The position numbers were made by a program, and so were the translations under genes. Shown piece after piece: positions 17,128 through 24,000 of a stretch of DNA of 38,910 nt (positions are counted from its first letter, which is position 1; each line of letters starts with the position of its first letter). Source of the stretch: Bacillota bacterium (lineage in GTDB: Bacteria > Bacillota > Clostridia > Peptostreptococcales > Anaerovoracaceae); NCBI GenBank assembly GCA_022793975.1, contig JAAWDW010000033.1:1-38910 (forward strand). Reading direction: 5' to 3'. Below the pieces are notes generated by a model. That model saw only the letters and a list, made by a program, of their open reading frames with translations, was not told the DNA's origin and made no database searches.

Positions 17128-17515
17128 CTGTATCTATCTCACTTTCTCCGTTATCCGTTATTTCAACGAGTACCTTATTCGGCAGGCAGACAATCTGTTC
17201 ATTTCCCAGCTTTATAGGTGCATGCCTTACACAATGCTGATTTTTACAGTCCGCGCTTTTCATAAACACAGCACCATTCTTTATCTCTATAACATTGCTG
17301 CCATCCAAAACGGCAATTTCCCTGTTCTCCGATAAATCGTACACGCCTATGATTTCTCCTCGCACCGTTACGACAACACTGTCCGCATTACCTCCAAAAT
17401 ATCCTGCAGCCCATACAGCAACTGCAACCGCGACTGCAGCAAACAAAACTGCAAGTATAATATCGGCCTTTGTAATTTTCAGCTTCGTTTCCGGCATTTT
17501 ATCACCCGCCGACAA
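17117..17515 (-). CDS. NusG domain II (NusG_II/DUF1312-like) single-pass membrane protein
   Basis: An N-terminal TM segment (ILAVLFAAVAVAVAVWAAGYF) is followed by a small beta-rich domain. That domain reads VTVRGEIIGVYDL...IEIKNGAVFMKSADCKNQHCVRHAPI...IVCLPNKVLVEI. The gene starts 7 nt after the rnfB stop. Confidence 0.65.
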   Translation of the reverse strand: MSAGDKMPETKLKITKADIILAVLFAAVAVAVAVWAAGYFGGNADSVVVTVRGEIIGVYDLSENREIAVLDGSNVIEIKNGAVFMKSADCKNQHCVRHAPIKLGNEQIVCLPNKVLVEITDNGESEIDTVAN

Positions 17516-17522
17516 TTCTTGA

Positions 17523-18287
17523 CTATGCGTTCTTTGGCATTACTACGATAATATTCGCAGGACATGCCTTAGCGCACATACCGCAGTTCTTGCACTTTTC
17601 GTAATCTATGACCGCGTGATTATCAACAATCTCGATAGCTCCGAATTTGCATGTGCTTACGCACTTTCCGCATGCAAGACATCCCGCCGTACATGCTTTT
17701 CTCGTATCGGCTCCCTTATCACGTGAGCTGCAGCCTACAAATACTCTTGAATCTGCAGGAGCAACACTTATTACCCCGTTTGGACAAGCTGCTTCGCAAG
17801 CTCCGCAGCCTACGCACGCAGATCTATCCACAACAGCTACGCCATCTATTATATGCATTGCTCCGAAAGGACAAGCTTCTACACAAGCACCGCATGCTAT
17901 GCATCCGTGCTTGCAGGCTGCTTCGCCTTCTCCGCATTTTTTACCTTCTATACCTCTGCAGTGAACTCTGGCAATCTTTGCTTCTCCTCCGCCTGCAGCA
18001 TCGGCATCCTTGCCGAGTACCTCCGCAATGGCAGCGGCCACCGAAGCGCCTCCCGGAACACACGCATTAAGCGGCACGTTGTCAGGATCATCGGCAAGCG
18101 CACCCGCATAGTCATCGCAGCCCGCAAATCCGCAGGCTCCGCAGTTTGCACCTGGCAGACATTCTCTTACCTTGACCTGCGTTTCATTCACAGGTACCGC
18201 CATAAACTTAGCCGCAAGCGTAAGTACGATGCCGGCTACAAGAGCCACCGCTCCGAGTAAAAGAAGTGCATCTACATAAATTCCCAT
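17523..18287 (-). CDS. rnfB: Rnf complex subunit B (polyferredoxin)
   Basis: The protein has an N-terminal TM segment and the CLPGANCGACGFAGCDDYA Fe-S domain. Several CxxCxxCxxxCP ferredoxin motifs follow. Confidence 0.9.
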   Translation of the reverse strand: MGIYVDALLLLGAVALVAGIVLTLAAKFMAVPVNETQVKVRECLPGANCGACGFAGCDDYAGALADDPDNVPLNACVPGGASVAAAIAEVLGKDADAAGGGEAKIARVHCRGIEGKKCGEGEAACKHGCIACGACVEACPFGAMHIIDGVAVVDRSACVGCGACEAACPNGVISVAPADSRVFVGCSSRDKGADTRKACTAGCLACGKCVSTCKFGAIEIVDNHAVIDYEKCKNCGMCAKACPANIIVVMPKNA

Positions 18288-18298
18288 ATCTACACCTC

Positions 18299-18892
18299 CT
18301 ACATTCCGAATATGCCGTCAATCACGCCGCCGAATCCCATAAACGAGAGAGCAACGATTGACGCAGCTATAAGTGTTGACGGAATTCCCTTGAAGCTCGG
18401 CAGGAAATCGTTGTTTTCGATTCTGCCGCGCACTCCCGCAAAGAGTACCATAGCAAGCATAAAGCCGAGACCCGCTCCCAGCGAATTGAGCATTGCCTTA
18501 AGGAATCCATAACCTTCCGTTATATTATTTACGCATACACCGAGTACCGCGCAGTTTGTCGTAATAAGAGGAAGAAATACGCCGAGCGACTTATGAAGCG
18601 GCGGCATATATTTCTTCATCGCAATTTCAACCAGCTGTACGAGCGCCGCAATTACGAGAATAAATACAATAGTCTGTAAATATCCGAGACCTCTGGTATC
18701 GAGGATATATGTCTGAATCGGCCAGGTTGCCGCAGTTGCAATAAGCATTACGAATACTACCGCACAGCTCATACCGAAAGCCGAGTCGAGCTTCTTTGAT
18801 ACTCCAAGAAACGGGCAGATACCGAGGAACTGCACGAGCACGAAGTTATTTGTGAGTACGGCTGCCATTATAACTATGATATATTCTGTCAT
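18299..18892 (-). CDS. rnfA: Rnf complex subunit A
   Basis: The 197-aa protein has 6 TM segments. The motifs are NNFVLVQFLGICPFLGVS and PLITTNCAVLGV. Confidence 0.9.
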   Translation of the reverse strand: MTEYIIVIMAAVLTNNFVLVQFLGICPFLGVSKKLDSAFGMSCAVVFVMLIATAATWPIQTYILDTRGLGYLQTIVFILVIAALVQLVEIAMKKYMPPLHKSLGVFLPLITTNCAVLGVCVNNITEGYGFLKAMLNSLGAGLGFMLAMVLFAGVRGRIENNDFLPSFKGIPSTLIAASIVALSFMGFGGVIDGIFGM

Positions 18893-19656
18893 TATAAAGC
18901 ACCTCCCTCTTCATTCATACGAATTTCATCCGCTGTCTTTGCATCTTCGATTGCTTTAAGAAGCTCTTCCTCACACGTTGGCGTACATCCGCCCACGTGA
19001 CCGCATACGGAAGAGCACGAGCATTTCATACATCCATTTGCCGCATTCTTGCTTGCCTTGCCGTTTGTCAACTTATTTACTATGGCAACAAGAACTCCGA
19101 ATACGAAGAATCCGCCCGGAGCTTTAGTCAACACTGACATTGGCTCTATTATATTGGCAGTAAGCGTGATGCCGAGGAGCGTGCCGGCTCCGAGAAGCTC
19201 TCTTGCCGCTCCCATAAAGAAAAGTGCCAGCGTAAATCCAAGACCCATTCCGATACCGTCAAGCGCCGAATCCGCAATTGAATTCTTGCTTGCGAACATC
19301 TCCGCACGGCCGAGTATGATACAGTTTACCACGATAAGCGGTATGTAAAGACCAAGCGCCTTGTCGAGTTCGGGCAGCATTGCCTTGAGCATCAGCTGCA
19401 CAATGGTAACGAATGTCGCTATTACTACGATATAGCACGGTATACGCACTTTATCGGGAATAATATTCTTGAGCATTGAAATCATTATATTTGCACAAAT
19501 TAGTACCACCATCGTGGAAACACCCATTCCCAGTCCGTTAATTGCACTCGTTGTGGTTGCGAGTGTCGGACAAGTACCGAGTATAAGTACAAGTACCGGG
19601 TTTTCCTTAATAATACCTTTCGTCAGGATACTGAGTTTACTCTGTTTGTTTTCCAT
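18892..19656 (-). CDS. rnfE: Rnf complex subunit E with a Cys-rich C-terminal extension
   Basis: The motifs ENPVLVLILGTCPTLA and IPLIVVNCIILGRAE are present. A tail of about 55 aa, NGCMKCSCSSVCGHVGGCTPTCEEELL..., follows the last TM helix. The gene has 1-nt overlaps with rnfG and rnfA. Confidence 0.88.
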   Translation of the reverse strand: MENKQSKLSILTKGIIKENPVLVLILGTCPTLATTTSAINGLGMGVSTMVVLICANIMISMLKNIIPDKVRIPCYIVVIATFVTIVQLMLKAMLPELDKALGLYIPLIVVNCIILGRAEMFASKNSIADSALDGIGMGLGFTLALFFMGAARELLGAGTLLGITLTANIIEPMSVLTKAPGGFFVFGVLVAIVNKLTNGKASKNAANGCMKCSCSSVCGHVGGCTPTCEEELLKAIEDAKTADEIRMNEEGGAL

Positions 19657-20684
19657 TAGAAAGCACCTCCCATCAGTTCATACTGCTTAATAGCAGCCTT
19701 TACGCAGTCATATACGCCCACAGACGAGAATGTTGCTCCGCTGATTGTGTCAATCTTTGTGCCTTCGCCGCTTGACTTTCTCGTGATAGCTGTAGCGCCG
19801 ATAAACTGATTGATATAATCTTCTTCCATGGCCTTTGTACCAAGTCCCGCGGTCTCACTGTGTTCAACAAACTGAATACCCGTAACTGCTCCCGACGCGT
19901 CAATGCCGACAAGTGCCTTGATAGGTGCGCCGCCGTTTGATGCCGCATAACCCTCTCCCGAAGTGTACACTACAATACCGGCACCGTTTGCGGCTTTGTA
20001 TACCTCAAGCGCATTATCCGACGTACCCGCATACAGCTCAACATCAAGCTTTTCAAATGTATCTCCCGCAGGAAGTGCAAGCGCCTGCATCTGTGCAAAC
20101 TGCTCTTCAGGCGAAAGCTCTACAGGAGCTTCGTACGACGCTCCGTTGGCTACTGCAAACTGGAGAAGCGCTGTATTTACAGCATCAAATACTGCCGTTG
20201 ACGAAATTGTCGCGCCCGAATATGCATCAATCATTGTGCCTTCGCCGCCCGACTTGTTGGTTATTGCCGAAGCGCCGATAAACTGAGAAAGGTGCTCTTC
20301 TGTCATAGCGTTTGTTCCGAGATTAGGAGTTTCCGAATGATTGAGTACCTTAACGCCTGTTATTTCTCCATCTGCATTTATACCTGTCATAACTTCAACG
20401 ACTCCGCCGAATCCGTTGGCGCCCGCCGTAATTACAAGACCCGCGCCGTTTTCGGCCTGATATACTTCTGTTGCGCCCTCTACGAGCGTAACCTCTTCCA
20501 TAGGAAGGAATACGTCTCCCTCCGGAAGCACCTCTCCTCTTGTGCTGCCCGCAGCTTCAAGAGCTCTCTGCTCTATTATAGGCTTTGTTACCTGATATGT
20601 ACCTGTGAGAAGCGCCGTCGCAATAAGACATATTACGAGAAGCACTATCGTAGGTGCAAATAAATCCTTAAACTTTCCGTTCAT
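19656..20684 (-). CDS. rnfG: Rnf complex subunit G with two tandem FMN_bind domains
   Basis: An N-terminal TM segment is followed by two homologous halves. Each half ends in a flavinylation motif: DAYSGATISS (Thr codon 20208-20210) and DTISGATFSS (Thr codon 19731-19733). Confidence 0.88.
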   Translation of the reverse strand: MNGKFKDLFAPTIVLLVICLIATALLTGTYQVTKPIIEQRALEAAGSTRGEVLPEGDVFLPMEEVTLVEGATEVYQAENGAGLVITAGANGFGGVVEVMTGINADGEITGVKVLNHSETPNLGTNAMTEEHLSQFIGASAITNKSGGEGTMIDAYSGATISSTAVFDAVNTALLQFAVANGASYEAPVELSPEEQFAQMQALALPAGDTFEKLDVELYAGTSDNALEVYKAANGAGIVVYTSGEGYAASNGGAPIKALVGIDASGAVTGIQFVEHSETAGLGTKAMEEDYINQFIGATAITRKSSGEGTKIDTISGATFSSVGVYDCVKAAIKQYELMGGAF

Positions 20685-21602
20685 TTAGTTTGCACCGCCT
20701 TTCTCTGCCCTTGCCCTTCTCATTGTGAGATTATCAATATGAGGCGTAAGGATATTCATGAGAAGTATCGCAAACGATACACCCTCAGGGTATGTTCCGT
20801 ATATTCTTATAACTACCGTGAGAAGTCCGCATCCGATACCGAATATGATTTTTCCGATTGTCGTTTTCGGCGATGTTGTCGGATCTGTTGCCATAAATAT
20901 GGCTCCGAGCATTACGCCACCCGCAAGAATATGAAAAACAGGGTCCAGTCCGAGCGCCCATGTAAATACGAATACCGTACCTATGTAAGCAACAGGAACT
21001 GCAGGTGAAATCACTCTCGTTACAAGCAGAATAATCGCTCCTATGAGAAGTGCAGCTGCACTAATCTCTCCGAGTGAACCGCCTATCGTCCCGATAAACA
21101 TATCCATATTGCTCGGAAGTGCATCAACACTTCCCTCCGCAAACTGCGTGAGAGGTGTAGCACCCGTAACCGCATCGGCAGCCGAAAGAAATCTTTCCTG
21201 CGGCTTCGCCCATACCGCCATATCTGTCGAAAAACTTACAAGCAAAACTATTCTCGCCGTAATAGCAGGGTTAGCAAAATTCTGTCCTATACCCCCGAAA
21301 AGCTGTTTCACAATAACAATTGCAACAAAACAGCCGATAATTGCCATCCAGTACGGAAGCGTCGGCGGCAGATTATACGCAAGCAGCAGACCTGTTACAA
21401 TTGCCGAAAGGTTCGATACAGTGTTTTCGCGTTTTGTCACTTTTTCAAATAAGAATTCAAAGAGTATGCTTGCTGCCACGCATACCAAAGTAAGTATCAG
21501 CGCTCTTGCTCCGAAATTATAAACCGCCATTATCAGAGCCGGCATAAGCGCGATGATGACACAAAGCATTGTTCTCTTAGTATCTTTTTCCAATGTTTGC
21601 AT
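20685..21602 (-). CDS. rnfD: Rnf complex subunit D
   Basis: This polytopic protein carries the covalent-FMN motif ADAVTGATPL. I moved the start to the ATG at 21602, which lies 8 nt after GAAGGAG. The ORF-track start at 21632 is a TTG. Confidence 0.9.
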   Translation of the reverse strand: MQTLEKDTKRTMLCVIIALMPALIMAVYNFGARALILTLVCVAASILFEFLFEKVTKRENTVSNLSAIVTGLLLAYNLPPTLPYWMAIIGCFVAIVIVKQLFGGIGQNFANPAITARIVLLVSFSTDMAVWAKPQERFLSAADAVTGATPLTQFAEGSVDALPSNMDMFIGTIGGSLGEISAAALLIGAIILLVTRVISPAVPVAYIGTVFVFTWALGLDPVFHILAGGVMLGAIFMATDPTTSPKTTIGKIIFGIGCGLLTVVIRIYGTYPEGVSFAILLMNILTPHIDNLTMRRARAEKGGAN

Positions 21603-21663
21603 TTGCTTCGCTCCTTCTTTTAATTTAGCCAATCAATCTACATAATTTTAATTATTCAGTTCT

Positions 21664-21693
21664 ATTATACTTCAATTCTCTTCGTTTCGACAA
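21664..21693 (-). promoter_or_regulatory. Sigma-A-type promoter candidate for rnfD
   Basis: The minus strand reads TTGTCG - 18 nt - TATAAT. The element ends about 60 nt upstream of the rnfD ATG. Confidence 0.4.
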
Positions 21694-21820
21694 GCCTTTT
21701 CTGATAATTTGCAGGCCTATTTTGCGATTTTTTTAACAAGATTTTTTTGCAAATTTTTACTGCAAAAAGTTCCTACCTATATATAATACAACGATATTTA
21801 GATAATTTTAAAAATAACAT

Positions 21821-21858
21821 AAAAAAACGGAACTTTCCTTATTTTTAGGACTGCTCCG
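21821..21858 (-). terminator. Possible terminator after the last mrp gene
   Basis: The interrupted hairpin is CGGA-(4 nt)-TCCT / AGGA-(4 nt)-TCCG with a 7-nt loop. A U7 run follows on the minus-strand RNA. The stem is weak. Confidence 0.3.
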
Positions 21859-21878
21859 CTTCTATTATTTGCATAAAT

Positions 21879-23762
21879 TTACATCACTGCCGCCGCTATG
21901 AATGCTGCTGCCGCTATAAATGTAAATACTACAACACTCATTATATCGCCGACAGGCTCGCGTTCCTTATCAGGATCGTACACATCGTTACTTTCCGTCT
22001 CTCCCGTGGCAAATGCCTGTGCTTTATCAGCTTCGGCTATCGCCACCGCAAGCTCGGCATCTATATCATTTCCCGCAAATTCATCATCAAAGTCTTCCCG
22101 TCTGACGTTTTGTGTCTTCTCCAAATCACCTGCTCCTTTATATTCCGTAACACCATGTTCGCCGATAAATACAAGCGGATTCTTGGCCGCGCGGCGCACG
22201 CCGTCATATATGCCTCGGAAAAATGCACCGAATCCTATCTGTACAGTTACGCATAGTGAAGATACCGTTCTTACAATCCAAGCAAACGGCTTTCTGTAAA
22301 ACCAGTCAGTATCAAGCGAAAGCCTGGAATGCGGCTCCATATGTTCAATGTACATTATGAACGGCACCGCACTTACGGCAAGAAGCTGTACATACTGCAC
22401 AATGTGATCCCAGGTGAACGGGTGATATTCAAAATCATATGGCAGGAATCTATACAACAGACCTGGGAACACACCGTAAAGAATGCAGAGTACTGAGCCT
22501 ATTCCCATAGCTATGTACATATTTTTCGGTATCGGTTTTACTTCAATATTTTTGTCCTTGCCGAAAAATACAAAATACATCATTTTCATTACAATAGACA
22601 AGAAAGTTCCGACACTGGCAAGCTGAAGCAAAATCTCTGCCAGCGGATACCCTGCCTCACAGGCCGCTGTAATCGTAATCGATTTACTTATAAAACCGTT
22701 AAACAGCGGTACTCCCGCTATTGAAAAAGCCGCTACCGTAAAACACACAAGGACAAACGGCATCTTCTTTGCCAGTCCTCCAAGCTTGTTTATACTGCGA
22801 ATACCCGTCGCATACATTATCGTTCCAGCGCACATAAACAGCAGCGATTTATACAGAATATGACTGAATGCGTGCGCCGCTGCTCCGTTTAATGCAAGGG
22901 CTGTTCCTATTCCTGCGCCGGCAACCATAAATCCCACTTGACTAACAATATGATATGACAAAAGCCGTCTCATATCATTTTCTATAATTGCAAATACCGC
23001 TCCGTAAACAGCCATCACGACCCCGACCCATACAAGAAATTCAGTTCCCGCGAAAATCCTTATCAGACAGTAAACCGCAACTTTTGTCGTAAATGATGAT
23101 AAAAACACACTGCCGGTAATTGTTCCTTCCGGATAAGCATCTGTAAGCCAGCCATGAAGAGGAGGAATTGCCGCATTGACAGCCACACCCGTCAGAATAA
23201 GCCAAAACGCAGCATCATGCACCTGTGAAATATTTTGTATAAGAATATCTCCTGCAGATACTTTAAAAATAATACCTATAAGCAGACAGTTGCCGCCGAA
23301 CATATGCACCAGCAAATACCTGATACCCGCTTTAACAGACTTCTCCGTCCTGCCTGCCCAGATGAGGAAAAGCGATGAAGCCGCCATAAGCTCCCAGAAA
23401 AATATGAGCGTCATCCAGTCTCCGCACAGCGTTACGCCCAGTGCACCTCCCGCATATATCATCGAAGCTGCTGCTTCGAGCGCACTTTTATTATGAACGG
23501 AATACACCGCCCCTATAAACGCCATCATACTGAAAATAAGGCCAAACACCCAATTCAGACTGTCTGCACTTATAACTGCAAGTGTTATGCCATTTATAAA
23601 ACTGAGACCGATTTCCGTACCGTAATCAATCGATACCATAGAGACAAGCGCTGCTGCCGCTCCCACAACAGGAACAAAGCCGCGAATGCTTTTGGGAAAT
23701 AACGCCGCTGTAAGTCCTGCCGCAATTAAAATTAAACCGGGATGAAAAATCAAGCTATTCAT
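21879..23762 (-). CDS. Proton-conducting antiporter-like subunit (MrpD/MrpA/NuoL family) with a long C-terminal extension
   Basis: The Proton_antipo_M-type core has the motifs WLTDAYPEGT, AAHAFSHILYKSLLFMCAG and AGVPLFNGFISK. After the core come about 140 extra residues: an amphipathic/acidic stretch and then a final TM segment (VVVFTFIAAAAFIAAAV). The ATG at 23762 follows GGGGTG and overlaps the stop of the small ORF. Confidence 0.8.
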   Translation of the reverse strand: MNSLIFHPGLILIAAGLTAALFPKSIRGFVPVVGAAAALVSMVSIDYGTEIGLSFINGITLAVISADSLNWVFGLIFSMMAFIGAVYSVHNKSALEAAASMIYAGGALGVTLCGDWMTLIFFWELMAASSLFLIWAGRTEKSVKAGIRYLLVHMFGGNCLLIGIIFKVSAGDILIQNISQVHDAAFWLILTGVAVNAAIPPLHGWLTDAYPEGTITGSVFLSSFTTKVAVYCLIRIFAGTEFLVWVGVVMAVYGAVFAIIENDMRRLLSYHIVSQVGFMVAGAGIGTALALNGAAAHAFSHILYKSLLFMCAGTIMYATGIRSINKLGGLAKKMPFVLVCFTVAAFSIAGVPLFNGFISKSITITAACEAGYPLAEILLQLASVGTFLSIVMKMMYFVFFGKDKNIEVKPIPKNMYIAMGIGSVLCILYGVFPGLLYRFLPYDFEYHPFTWDHIVQYVQLLAVSAVPFIMYIEHMEPHSRLSLDTDWFYRKPFAWIVRTVSSLCVTVQIGFGAFFRGIYDGVRRAAKNPLVFIGEHGVTEYKGAGDLEKTQNVRREDFDDEFAGNDIDAELAVAIAEADKAQAFATGETESNDVYDPDKEREPVGDIMSVVVFTFIAAAAFIAAAVM

Positions 23763-24000
23763 CTTTATCACCCCTATCGTAATAATTTTCTTCGCGCTGA
23801 ACAATCAGTGCCAGTATCTTTTTGGCAAATAATATCAAAATCCAGCCGCCGGCAAATGCTATCACTATGTCAGCTCCGGGAACGGTATGCCATATTTCCC
23901 CACCATGCGGATGCGCAAATAAAACTTCCGCAATCACCGACATCACACATACCGCCACAATTATAATATATATTTTTACCTTGGTCGACTTTCTCATCAT
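23755..24000 (-). CDS. Small 2-TM membrane protein embedded in the mrp operon
   Basis: The 81-aa product has two hydrophobic helices flanking a loop, AHPHGGEIWHTVPGAD. Its start overlaps the upstream stop (ATGATGA) and its stop overlaps the downstream ATG (GATGAATAG). This fits translational coupling. Confidence 0.6.
   Translation of the reverse strand: MMRKSTKVKIYIIIVAVCVMSVIAEVLFAHPHGGEIWHTVPGADIVIAFAGGWILILFAKKILALIVQREENYYDRGDKDE

Noticed and set aside
21633-21878. A possible degraded rnfC or small gene between mrp and rnfD
   Set aside because: No ORF appears in any frame. The sequence is AT-rich with promoter- and terminator-like elements only, and nothing resembles RnfC Fe-S (CxxCxxCxxxCP) coding potential.
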